DNA of 64,000 nucleotides. Source: an uncultured bacterium (lineage in GTDB: Bacteria; Planctomycetota; UBA1135; GCA-002686595). The stretch's first letter is position 1. Each line of letters opens with the position of its first letter. The translations under genes were made by a program, and so were the position numbers. Below, piece after piece: positions 8,658 through 19,333 of the stretch. Where the stretch lies: contig CALSNU010000002.1 of assembly GCA_943787795.1 (NCBI GenBank), forward strand, positions 1 through 64,000, in the 5' to 3' direction. Under the pieces are notes generated by a model. The model worked only from the letters and a program-made list of their open reading frames with translations, was not told where the DNA came from and made no database searches.

Positions 8658-11474
8658 TTGACCACCGAAGCCCAAGAGAGCCGCCGCGCGGCAGCCTCCC
8701 TGCGTCTCGCGCTCGCCTTCGCGCTATCGCTGATCACCGCCGTGACCTTCTCCCCGTCGCTATGGGGCGAGTTCGTTTACGACGACGTGCTCCTGGTGGG
8801 CGATGCTCCGGCGACGCAGTCGATCTCCGCTGCCCTGGCGCACTGGATGGAGCCCTTCTGGGCCTTCGACGACCCCGACGCCGCCTTCCAGCGCGGCCTC
8901 TGGCGCCCCATGACCTCCCTGGCGCTGGCCACGGGCCGCGCCGCCGCGGGCGGCGACCCCTTCGGCTTCCACCTGGTCTCGATCGTCCTGCACGTGCTCG
9001 CGACGCTGGCGTGCTTCCGCCTCGCGGCGCGGCTGCTCCAGCGAACGACCGGCTCGGCGGTGCGAGCAGAGTGGGCCGCCGCGATCGTCGCGCTGCTCTT
9101 TGCGCTCCACCCCGCCCAGGTCGAGTCAGTGGCGTGGATCTCCGCCGTCAACGACCCGGCGTGGGGCCTCTTCGGCTTGCTCGCCCTCTGGCGCTACGAC
9201 GTCGCCGCGGGCGACGGGAAGGCCCCCCTGGGCGCAGCGCTCCTCGCGCTCCTGGCCCTGATGTGCAAGGAGACCGCGGTGGTCCTCTTCCCCGCCTTCT
9301 TGCTCCTCGACTTCGCGGCTGGCCGGCGCCTCGACGCGGTCCGTACCACCCTGCTCGCCGCACCTCTGGTCCTCTGGTACGTCGCCAGGGTCCTCGTCTT
9401 CGAGGGCGTCGACGCGGGCATCTTCCGCGAGCACGGTGACTTCCAGATGTCGGCGGCGCGCGCCCTGAGCTTCCGCCTCGAGCTCCTCGGGGGCTTCCTC
9501 GAGACCACCTTCTGGCCCACCGACTCCCGGGTATTCCGAGCTGTCCATCCCGTCCTCCCTGAGGACTCCACGGCCATCGCCACCGCCAGCCTCTGGGTCC
9601 TCGGCGTGGGCGTCGCCGCGATCTTGCTGTGGCGCCGTGGGGTCCTGCTGGGCGCCGCGGGCCTGGCCCTGCTGGTCGTGGCCACCCTGCCCATCGTCGC
9701 CACGCCCGCCCGGGCCGGCCTCTTCCCGCTCTCCGATCGCTACCTCTACCTCGGGCTCTTCGGCGCGGCGCTCGCCCTGACCGCCGGCCTCGCCCGGGCC
9801 CGGTCCGTCCTGCCCCTCTTGGCCCTCGGCCTCGCGCTTCCCGCCGCCCTCGCGAGCACCAGCTGGACCTACCAGGATCGCTTCCAGGACGAGATCTCGT
9901 TCCGCGTGGCCGGCGCCGAGGACGCACCCCGCACGCCCTACGTGCTCTGGGGCGCGGGTCGCGCCTACCTTGAGGAGTACCAGCGCACCCTGGACATCGA
10001 GGATCTCCAGCAGGCCTACCTCTACTTCCTGCGCTCCCTGAAGGAGGGCACCGTCTATGGGGACGGGTCCTTCGTGGACGACCTGGCGCTCCCCGCACCG
10101 CAGCGAGCCGGCCGACTCGAGCAGCTCATTCTCGATACCCCGGCCTCCGAGCGGCAGCCGGATCCGACGGTGATGTGGACCGCCGACGACCGCCTCCAGG
10201 CGACCCTCGGCCAGATCACCGTCAACACCTTCATCGAGGAGATCGGCCGGAGCCCTGACTTTCAGTACCCGCTCACGATCGCCCTCGCGGCCCGCAAGCT
10301 ATGGCCGGATGAACCGCGGCTCGAGCTGACGATCGCCCAGCTCCATGAGCGCCGCGGCGAGGTCGGAGCCGCGAAGGAGGCCATCAGCAAGGTGGTGCGC
10401 AAGCAGCCGGCCAACACCGAGGCGCTGCAGATCCTCGCGCGCGTGCTCATGCGGGAGGGCGACGCGGACGGAGCCCGCTCCACGCTCTCGCGAGCCGTAC
10501 AGTTGAACGGGGCCGACGACGCCCTGCGGCTCGAGCTGGCCAGCGTGGCCCTGGCGAGCAAGCGCTACGACCTCGCCGAGCGAGAGCTCGACGCGGTCCT
10601 GGCGAGCACGCAGCGCACGAATGTCCGCGCCCTGGTCCTGCGCGCGGCGCTTGCCACCCGTCGAGACCTGCCGGTGGAGGCCATGACCTGGCTTGACCGC
10701 GCCCTTGAGCTCGACCCCGAGAACGGCGCGGCCCAGAAGGAGCGCGGCCTCGCGGCCGTCAAGCTGGGGGATGTGGACGGCGCGTTGGACGCCTTCGCCC
10801 GGGCGTGCGAGCAGCTGCCTGATGACTTCGAGAGCCACTACACCTTCGCTGCGCTCATGCTCCAACAGCAGCCCGCGGCCGACGCTCCACCCGCCACCGC
10901 CACCGCCTGGGAGCAAGCAGTGGTCGACGCCATGGTGCGCGCCTACGTGCTCTCGCCGCGCACCGGCGAGGAGCAGCTCCTGCTGCAGCAACAGATCGCG
11001 CCCTTCCTTCGCGGCGACCCGAACTCGGCCTTCAACCTCGCCATGACCCTGAACAAGCAGGGCCGTGGAGTCCTGGCGCTGTTCTGGCTCCAGCGGGTCG
11101 TGGAGTGGCGCGAGCGCTGGGCGCCCTCTGAACGAGCGGAGAACCTGGTCAAGGCGTTCACCATGAGCGGCACCCTCTATCTCAACGCGGGCAAGCCCGA
11201 TGAGGCGCTCGAGGCCTTCCGCAGCGCCGTCCTCTCCGACCCCGGCGACTTCCGCGCGCGGTTCGAACTCGGAGACCTGCTCTTCAAGACGGGCGACCGC
11301 GCAGCTGCCGCGCCGCACCTGCGCCGTGCCCTTGAGCTCTTCGACGACTCCGACGTCGCGCCCGAGATGCGTGAGGCGGTGCGGGGGACCATTATGAAGC
11401 GTCTCTCGGCCCTCGAAGCGACGGCCGGGCCTCCACTGCCGGGACTGGACGCTGATTCGGTCCGCGACGAGTAG
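8658..11474 (+). CDS. TMTC-like GT-C membrane glycosyltransferase with C-terminal TPR repeats
   Basis: 'FVYDD' after TM1, 'WRPMT', 'FHLVSIVLH', 'LFALHPAQVESVAWIS', 'KE', 'DRYLY'; multi-TM region followed by TPRs. Confidence 0.8.
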   Translation: MTTEAQESRRAAASLRLALAFALSLITAVTFSPSLWGEFVYDDVLLVGDAPATQSISAALAHWMEPFWAFDDPDAAFQRGLWRPMTSLALATGRAAAGGDPFGFHLVSIVLHVLATLACFRLAARLLQRTTGSAVRAEWAAAIVALLFALHPAQVESVAWISAVNDPAWGLFGLLALWRYDVAAGDGKAPLGAALLALLALMCKETAVVLFPAFLLLDFAAGRRLDAVRTTLLAAPLVLWYVARVLVFEGVDAGIFREHGDFQMSAARALSFRLELLGGFLETTFWPTDSRVFRAVHPVLPEDSTAIATASLWVLGVGVAAILLWRRGVLLGAAGLALLVVATLPIVATPARAGLFPLSDRYLYLGLFGAALALTAGLARARSVLPLLALGLALPAALASTSWTYQDRFQDEISFRVAGAEDAPRTPYVLWGAGRAYLEEYQRTLDIEDLQQAYLYFLRSLKEGTVYGDGSFVDDLALPAPQRAGRLEQLILDTPASERQPDPTVMWTADDRLQATLGQITVNTFIEEIGRSPDFQYPLTIALAARKLWPDEPRLELTIAQLHERRGEVGAAKEAISKVVRKQPANTEALQILARVLMREGDADGARSTLSRAVQLNGADDALRLELASVALASKRYDLAERELDAVLASTQRTNVRALVLRAALATRRDLPVEAMTWLDRALELDPENGAAQKERGLAAVKLGDVDGALDAFARACEQLPDDFESHYTFAALMLQQQPAADAPPATATAWEQAVVDAMVRAYVLSPRTGEEQLLLQQQIAPFLRGDPNSAFNLAMTLNKQGRGVLALFWLQRVVEWRERWAPSERAENLVKAFTMSGTLYLNAGKPDEALEAFRSAVLSDPGDFRARFELGDLLFKTGDRAAAAPHLRRALELFDDSDVAPEMREAVRGTIMKRLSALEATAGPPLPGLDADSVRDE

Positions 11475-11560
11475 CGCGCTCGAGCGGTGCGCGGCAGTAT
11501 CGAAAGGGCCGTGGCGGTACGCCACGTTCACCCTTCCCAGGCGACTTGCCCTCCGTTTCG

Positions 11561-12847
11561 ATGCGCTACACCTTGCCCGTCTCCCTGCTGCTCACCGGCC
11601 TCGCCGCGGCCCAGGGCTCTGACACCTGCTCCACCCCCCAGACCATCACAGGTGCCGGACCGCACGCCTTCGACACGATCGGCGCGACCACCGACGGCCA
11701 GCCCGATCTGCTCTGCGACTTCTTCGGCAACGCCGACATCTTCGATGACGTCTGGTTCGAGTGGACGGCCCAGGACAGCGGAGACCACATCGTCTCGCTC
11801 TGTGGATCCACCGGCGACACGAAGGCCGCCGTCTACACCGACGGGTGCGCTGGGCTGATCATCGCCTGCAACGACGACGCCTGCGGGCTGATCTCCGAGG
11901 TCATCTTCTCGGCGGTTGCGGGGCAGACCTACGACATCAGGGTCGGGAACTTCGCCGGGGGGGGCGCCTCGTTTGGCTCCTTCACCGTCATCCCTGATCT
12001 GCCGGCCCAGAACCCCTCGAACGGTCACTTCTACCGGGTCGTGACCGCCAACCTCTCCTGGATCGATGCCCGCACCGAGGCGGAGACCACCCTCTTCCAG
12101 GGCACGCCGGGCCACCTCGTCACCATCGCCGACCAGGCCGAGCTCGACTGGATCCTGAACAACCTGACGCCCCAGCGGCCCTGGATCGGGCTCTTCCACA
12201 ACACCAACTCCCCGAACTACTCCGAGCCCGGCGGCGGCTGGGAGTGGGTGACCGGCGAGCCCGCGACGTTCCTGAACTGGTTCCCCGGCGAGCCCAACAA
12301 CATCAGCGCCTCGGGCGGCCCCGAGGACTACGCGGAGATGTTCGGGAACGGCCAGTGGAACGACGCCGAGCTGAACCACTCCTTCACCACCCAGTACATC
12401 ATCGAGTGGGAGAGCGGCACCATCGGGACGACCTACTGCACCTCCAACCCCAACTCGACCGGCGCCACCAGCAGCCTGAGCGCCGCCGGCTCGGCGGCCG
12501 TGGCGTCCAATGACCTGACCCTCACCGCCGCGGATCTGCCGCCCTCGTCCTTCGGCTTCTTCCTCGCGAGCCAGACCCAGGGCAGCGTGGCGAATCCTGG
12601 CGGGAGCGAAGGCATCCTCTGCCTCGGCGGCGCCATCGGACGCTTCGTCGGCCCTGGTCAGATCAAGAACAGCGGCGCCAACGGCGAATTCGACCTCGCC
12701 CTCGACCTGACGGCGCTCCCCTCGCCCACCGGCTTCGTCGTGGCGCTCCCCGGCGAGACCTGGAACTTCCAGGCCTGGCACCGTGACTCGGTCGGCGGCG
12801 TCGCCGTCTCCAACTTCACAGACGGGCTCTCGACGACGCTTCAGTGA
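11561..12847 (+). CDS. Secreted modular protein: Cys-rich beta domain, C-type lectin domain and conserved C-terminal domain
   Basis: Signal peptide; 'DVWFEW...IACNDDAC'; CTL motifs 'GHLVTI', 'WIGL', 'PGEPNN', 'WND'; C-terminus ...FQAWHRD...SNFTDG. Confidence 0.85.
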   Translation: MRYTLPVSLLLTGLAAAQGSDTCSTPQTITGAGPHAFDTIGATTDGQPDLLCDFFGNADIFDDVWFEWTAQDSGDHIVSLCGSTGDTKAAVYTDGCAGLIIACNDDACGLISEVIFSAVAGQTYDIRVGNFAGGGASFGSFTVIPDLPAQNPSNGHFYRVVTANLSWIDARTEAETTLFQGTPGHLVTIADQAELDWILNNLTPQRPWIGLFHNTNSPNYSEPGGGWEWVTGEPATFLNWFPGEPNNISASGGPEDYAEMFGNGQWNDAELNHSFTTQYIIEWESGTIGTTYCTSNPNSTGATSSLSAAGSAAVASNDLTLTAADLPPSSFGFFLASQTQGSVANPGGSEGILCLGGAIGRFVGPGQIKNSGANGEFDLALDLTALPSPTGFVVALPGETWNFQAWHRDSVGGVAVSNFTDGLSTTLQ

Positions 12848-12863
12848 CCGCCTGAGACCCTTC

Positions 12864-12911
12864 CTCCAACCACGAGGGGCTCCAACCACGAGGGGCCCCA
12901 ACCACGAGGGG
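12864..12911. repeat. Tandem repeat, 3 x 16 bp (CTCCAACCACGAGGGG; third copy has one mismatch)
   Basis: Units at 12864-12879, 12880-12895 and 12896-12911. Confidence 0.9.
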
Positions 12912-12943
12912 GAGCGACGCCGGGAGGTGCCGCTCCCCCCCTC
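12906..12943. terminator. GC-rich hairpin between convergent genes (probable terminator)
   Basis: GGGGGAGCG...CGCTCCCCC stem; no clear U-tract. Confidence 0.55.
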
Positions 12944-13009
12944 TTGACTCGGCACGCCGCCTGGCTCAACACGCCTCGACGATCGCCGCCCTGACCCTTG
13001 ATCCTCGGC

Positions 13010-14038
13010 TCAGCTCCCCAGGAGCTGCCGCACCGTGGCCACGTGGCGCGCGGCGCCCTCGTCGATCTCGCTGGCCTCAATGCGCTCGTCGACGGTGTGG
13101 GCGAGGTCGATGGAGCCCGGCCCCATCAGGAGCGGGGTCCCCCAGCGTCGCAGGTGCGGGGCGTCCGTGCCGAAGCCCACGGGCTCGGCGGGCTCACCCT
13201 CCGGCACCAGGAAGCGCACGGGCCCGTACTGCTCCCGCGCCTCCACCAGCTCCACGTGAGCGCCGAGCGCGGCGCCGATGCGGGCGCGCACCTCCTGCGG
13301 CTCCTCGACGGCGCGCACGAGGATGCTCGCTCGCGCCTCGGGAGCCACCACGTTGGGGGCGAGCCCGCCCTCGATGGTGCCGACGTTGATCGTCCCCGCG
13401 CCGAGGTCCGGGTCCTCGCCCCAGCCGCTGGTGGTCAGGCGCGTGCAGCACCCCACGAGCTCATGCACGGCGGAGGGTCCCAGGGGGTTCGAGCTGTGCC
13501 CGGCCACGCCGTGGGCCACGAGGTCTGCGAGGAAGATGCCCTTGTGGCCGCTGATGAAGCGGTTCCCCGTGGGCTCCCCCACAATCGTGTAGCGCGGCGC
13601 CCAGCGATCGCGCATGGCAGGGTCATCGCCCAGGGCGTGGTCCGCCGCGGCGGCGCCGACGCTGTCCACCTCCTCGCCCACGGTGAACAGGAAGCCCACG
13701 CGACGCTCTCCCTCCCGCACCAGCCGCTCCGCGGCCATCAGCATCGCGAGGGCCTGTCCCTTGGCGTCGCAGGCCCCGCGCCCGTGGACCGTACCGCCCG
13801 TCACCCGCGGCCCGATGAACGGCGGGACCGTGTCCAGATGGGTGCAGAACACCACCTCCGGCCGCCCGGCGCGGGCCAGCACGTTGCGGCGGCCCGGCGC
13901 GACGTCCTGGAACTCCACGTCGAAGCCGCGCTGCTGGAGGGCGCGGCCCAGCGCGTCGCCGTAGTCCCCCTCGTTGCCGGTGATCGACTGGATGTCGATC
14001 CAGTCGCTGAGCGTCGAGGTGATCTGGCCTTGGTCCAT
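13010..14038 (-). CDS. argE: M20 family acetylornithine deacetylase
   Basis: 'THLDTVPP', 'GRGACDAKG', 'VGEE', 'GEPT', 'AHTVDE'; last gene of the arg operon. Confidence 0.75.
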   Translation of the reverse strand: MDQGQITSTLSDWIDIQSITGNEGDYGDALGRALQQRGFDVEFQDVAPGRRNVLARAGRPEVVFCTHLDTVPPFIGPRVTGGTVHGRGACDAKGQALAMLMAAERLVREGERRVGFLFTVGEEVDSVGAAAADHALGDDPAMRDRWAPRYTIVGEPTGNRFISGHKGIFLADLVAHGVAGHSSNPLGPSAVHELVGCCTRLTTSGWGEDPDLGAGTINVGTIEGGLAPNVVAPEARASILVRAVEEPQEVRARIGAALGAHVELVEAREQYGPVRFLVPEGEPAEPVGFGTDAPHLRRWGTPLLMGPGSIDLAHTVDERIEASEIDEGAARHVATVRQLLGS

Positions 14039-14048
14039 GCCCTCGAGT

Positions 14049-14591
14049 CTAGCGGCCGACGCGCAGGGGCATCCCCGGTTTGGGCAGGGCCACGGCAGGC
14101 AGCCCCTCCCCCGTGGGGACGCCCAGCTCCTTCACCACGGCGACCTCGTCGCACTTGTGGAACTTGGGGCACTTGAGGCAGTCGGTGAAGACCTTGTGCG
14201 GGAGCGACTCGTGCTCCACGACGGAGAAGCCCAGCTTCTCGAAGAAGCCGGTCACGTAGGTGAAGGCCATGACGCGGGCGATGTCCAGCTCCTCGGCCTC
14301 GTCGATCAGGAACTGTGCGAGGCGACGGCCGAGCCCCAGCTTCTGGAAGCGCGGGTCGACGGCGATGGAGCGCACCTCGGCGATGTCGGTCCAGATGATG
14401 GCCAGCGCCCCGCAACCCGCGAACTCGTCGTCCACCGTGGCCACGATGAAGTCTCGGATCTTCTCCACGATGGACGCCGGGGAGCGAGGGAGCATCAGCC
14501 CATCCGCGGCGAGGCCGTTGATCAGATCCATCATCGGCTCGACGTCGCGCATGGTCGCGCGCCGCAGGCTGATCTCGGGGCCCTTGCTCAT
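14049..14591 (-). CDS. argA: Short GNAT amino-acid N-acetyltransferase (N-acetylglutamate synthase)
   Basis: 'GLMLPR', 'AEVRSIAV', 'QKLGLG', 'FFEKLGF', 'LPHKVFTDCLKCPKFHKCDE'; ATGA overlap with argH. Confidence 0.8.
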   Translation of the reverse strand: MSKGPEISLRRATMRDVEPMMDLINGLAADGLMLPRSPASIVEKIRDFIVATVDDEFAGCGALAIIWTDIAEVRSIAVDPRFQKLGLGRRLAQFLIDEAEELDIARVMAFTYVTGFFEKLGFSVVEHESLPHKVFTDCLKCPKFHKCDEVAVVKELGVPTGEGLPAVALPKPGMPLRVGR

Positions 14592-15990
14592 GAGTCTGTC
14601 CCCGCGAGGATGCCCTTCCATCGGTCGACCTCTGCGGCGACCCGAGCTGCCGCCGTCCCGCCGATCACGTCTCGTCGCGCGAGGAGCGCGTCCGTCCCGA
14701 GCTCGCCGGCGAGGTCCACCCCGTCCAGCTCTGGCATCGTTGCGGCGCGCGCGTCGCTCGACAGGCGCTCCAGCGGGACGCCCTCCTCAATCGCGGCGTT
14801 CACCGCGGCCCCGACACGGTCGTGGGCCTCGCGGAACGGCACACCACGCTTCACGAGCAGGTCCGCGAGGTCCGTGGCGTCGAGGTAGCCGACGCCGCAT
14901 GCCGCGCGGGCCTGCTCTCGATCGAAGACCAGGTCCTGGGCCACGAGCGCGGCCACCTTCAGGCACGTGCCCGTGGTATCGAGGGCCTCGAAGAGCGCCT
15001 CCTTGTCCTCCTGCAGGTCCTTGTCGTAGGCGAGCGGGAGGCCCTTGGTGGTGGTGATCAGCGTCGTCAGGGCGCCGTGAACCCGGCCGACCTTGCCCCG
15101 CAGGAGCTCGAGAGCGTCGGGGTTGCGCTTCTGGGGCATCAGGCTCGAGCCCGTGGAGACGGTGTCCCCGAAGGTGAGCACCGCGGCCTCCTGGCTCGCC
15201 AGGAAGATCCAGTCCTCGGCCATGCGCGAGAGGTGCAGCATGGTCGTGGTGCAGGCGAAGATGACCTCGAGCACGTGGTCGCGGTCGCTCACCGCGTCGA
15301 GGCTGTTGCGGGTGGCCCCCGACCCGAAGCCCAGCTCGGACGCCAGCGCTTCCCGGTCCACCGGGTACGCCGTCCCCGCGAGCGCGGCGGAGCCCAGCGG
15401 GCAGGTGTCCATGCGGGACGAGGCATCGGCCAGGCGATCGGCGTCGCGGGCGAGCATCTCGACGTAGGCGAGGCACTGGTGCCCGAAGGTCACGGGCTGG
15501 GCCCGCTGCAGGTGGGTGTATCCCGGCAGAGGCGCGTCGTGAAACTCCCCTGCGAGCTCCACCAGCGCCGCCTGGGCCCCGTGGATCCCGGCGCGGACGT
15601 CCTCGATGGCCGCCCGCAGGTGGAGCTTGAGGTCCGTGGCGACCTGGTCGTTGCGTGAGCGGCCGGTGTGGAGCTTCTTCCCGAGGTCCCCCACGCGGCG
15701 CACAAGCTCCTCCTCCACGAAGGAGTGCACGTCCTCGGCGCGGGACGCGTCGAGGGGCGAGGCGTCCTCCTTCAGCTCCGCCGCGATCGCCTCCAGGGTC
15801 GCGACGAGCTCGTCGCGCTCCGCGCCCGTGAGCACGCCCGCGCCCGCGAGGCCGCGGGCCCAGGCCACGCTGCCCGCCAGGTCGTCGAAGACGAAGCGCC
15901 GGTCGAAGGGGAGGCTGCGGTTGAGCTCCTCGAAGATCGGGTGCAGGGCGCCCTGAAAGCGCCCGCCCCACAGCTGCGGCTCGGACACCG

Positions 15991-15994
<4 letters not shown>
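14588..15994 (-). CDS. argH: Argininosuccinate lyase
   Basis: 'LWGGRF', 'HTGRSRNDQ', 'GYTHLQRAQP', 'STGSSLMPQKRNPD'. Confidence 0.97.
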
Positions 15995-17192
<1,198 letters not shown>

Positions 17193-17196
<4 letters not shown>

Positions 17197-18149
17197 GACT
17201 GTCCCTCCCCGCCGAGCAGCATGGCGAGCACGGCCTTCTGGGCGTGCAGCCGGTTCTCGGCGATGTCGAAGACGATGGAGTTGGGGCCGTCGATGACGCC
17301 CCGCGAGACTTCGTGGCCGCGGTGGGCCGGCAGGCAATGCATGAACTTGGCGTGGTCGGAGTATTCCATGAGCTCTTCGTTGACGGCGTAGTCGGAGAAG
17401 ACGGCCGCGCGCTCCTCGGTCTCGTCCTCCTGCCCCATGCTCGCCCACACGTCGGTGTAGACGGCGTGGGCGCCCTTGACGGCCACGATGGGGTCGGTCT
17501 CCAGGGTGAAGCTACCGCCGGTCTCCTGGGCGGAGGCCACGGCCGCGCGCTCGATCTCGGCGTCGGGCTCGTAGCCCTCCGGGGCGCAGACGACGACGTC
17601 CATGCCGAGCTTGGTGGCCGCGGTGATCAGCGAGTGGCAGGTGTTGTTGCCGTCGCCGATGAAGACGAGCTTGCGCCCCTTCACCTCGCCCCACTGCTCG
17701 ATCAGGGTCATCGTGTCCGCCAGCGCCTGGCAGGGGTGGAGCAGCTCGGAGAGGCCGTTCACCACGGGCACGTCGGCGGTCTGCGCGAGCTCCACCACGG
17801 TGCGGTGCCGGTAGGTCCGGGCCACGATCGCGTGGGTCCAGCGCTCCAGGTTCTTGGCCATGTCCCGCACCGACTCGCGGGCGCCCATGCGCGCGCCGTT
17901 GGAGAGGTCGAGAAACGTGGCGCTGCCGCCCAGGTCCTGCATCCCGATGTCGAAGGTGAAGCGGGTCCGCAGGGACTCCTTCTCGAACACCATGGCCAGG
18001 CGCTTGCCGCGCAGGAGGTCGTTGTAGGCCGTCTGGTTGGCCTTGATCTCGAGGGCGGTGTCGAGCACGAGCCGCAGCTCGTCGGGGGAGAGGTCCCCCA
18101 GCGACACCAGGTTGGGCGCGGGGAACGGGGCGATGGGAGCGGCGATCAT
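17193..18149 (-). CDS. argF: Ornithine carbamoyltransferase
   Basis: 'FEKESLRT', 'HPCQALAD', 'GDGNN', 'DVWASMG', 'HCLPAHRG', 'AENRLH'. Confidence 0.93.
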
Positions 18150-19333
18150 GACGGGTCGGTCGGGAGGTCGGTGAGGACGTGTTCGAAGCGCGAGAGGCCC
18201 TCGGCGAGGTCCTCCGGCGTGAGGATGTAAGGGGGCAGGAAGCGGACCACGTCGCCCTGGGCGGTGCAGGTCAGCACCCCGGCGTCGAACAGGCGGCCGG
18301 TGATCTCGGCGGCGCGGCCGGGGGCCACGACGCCCTGCATCAGGCCGAGGCCCCGGCGCTCGGTGAGCGCGTCGAAGCGCGCCACGAGGCCGTCGAGGGC
18401 CGCGGCGAGCGCGGCGCCCCGGTCGATCACCTGCTGCTGCAAGCCGCCGTCCAGCTCGTCCAGCACGCACAGGGCCGCGCGGCAGGCGAAGGGGCCGCCG
18501 CCGAAGGTGGAGCCGTGGTCGCCGGGGACCAGGGTGCGGGCGTAGGGGCCGCGGGCCAGGGTCGCCCCGATGGGCAGCCCGGCGCCGATGGGCTTGGCGA
18601 GGGTGACCACGTCGGGGGCCAGGCCGTAGTGGGCGCCGGCCAGGAACGTGCCGGTGCGGCCGCCGCCGCACTGGACCTCGTCCGCGATCATGACGGTCCC
18701 GGTCTGGGTGCACAGCTCACGCGCCGCGGCCACGTAGTCCGCGTCCAGGGGCTGGACGCCGCCCTCCCCCTGGATCGGCTCCATGATGAACGCCGCGGGC
18801 CCTTCAGAGAGGGCCGCCTCGAGGGCGCCGATGTCGTCGGGCTCGAGGAACTTCGCGGCCAGGCCCTCCCCGAACGGCGTGCGGTAGGCGGCGTTGGCCG
18901 TGACCGACAGGCTCCCGAACGTCCGGCCGTGGAAGCCGCGCTCCAGCGCCACGAAGTGCTGGCGCTCGGGGCTCCCGGTGGTGGCGTGGTGCTTGCGCGC
19001 CAGCTTGAGGGCGGCCTCGTTAGCCTCGGACCCGGAGTTGGAGAAGAACACCGACTCCATGCACGTCAGCTCGCAGAGGCGCTCGCTGAGCTCCTCCCCC
19101 GCGCTGTGGCGATAGAGGTTGGAGATGTGCCCGAGGGTGCCCGCTTGGCCCGCGAGGGCCGCCGCCAGGCGCGCGTGCCCGTGGCCGAGGCTGTTGGCCC
19201 CGATACCGCTGATGAGGTCGAGGAAGCGGCGCCCCTCGGCGTCGTGCATCCACGCCCCCTCGCCGCCCACGAAGAGCGGGGCGGCGCGGCGGTACGTGCC
19301 CATGGTGCGGTCGCGGACGGTGACCTCAGGCAT
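18146..19333 (-). CDS. argD: Acetylornithine aminotransferase
   Basis: 'NSGSEANE', 'FHGRT', 'EPIQGEGG', 'DEVQCG', 'TLAKP', 'HGSTFGG'. Confidence 0.93.
   Translation of the reverse strand: MPEVTVRDRTMGTYRRAAPLFVGGEGAWMHDAEGRRFLDLISGIGANSLGHGHARLAAALAGQAGTLGHISNLYRHSAGEELSERLCELTCMESVFFSNSGSEANEAALKLARKHHATTGSPERQHFVALERGFHGRTFGSLSVTANAAYRTPFGEGLAAKFLEPDDIGALEAALSEGPAAFIMEPIQGEGGVQPLDADYVAAARELCTQTGTVMIADEVQCGGGRTGTFLAGAHYGLAPDVVTLAKPIGAGLPIGATLARGPYARTLVPGDHGSTFGGGPFACRAALCVLDELDGGLQQQVIDRGAALAAALDGLVARFDALTERRGLGLMQGVVAPGRAAEITGRLFDAGVLTCTAQGDVVRFLPPYILTPEDLAEGLSRFEHVLTDLPTDPS

Noticed and set aside
12864..12911. Possible mini-CRISPR array
   Set aside because: The 16-bp units are directly adjacent with no spacers, and there are no cas genes
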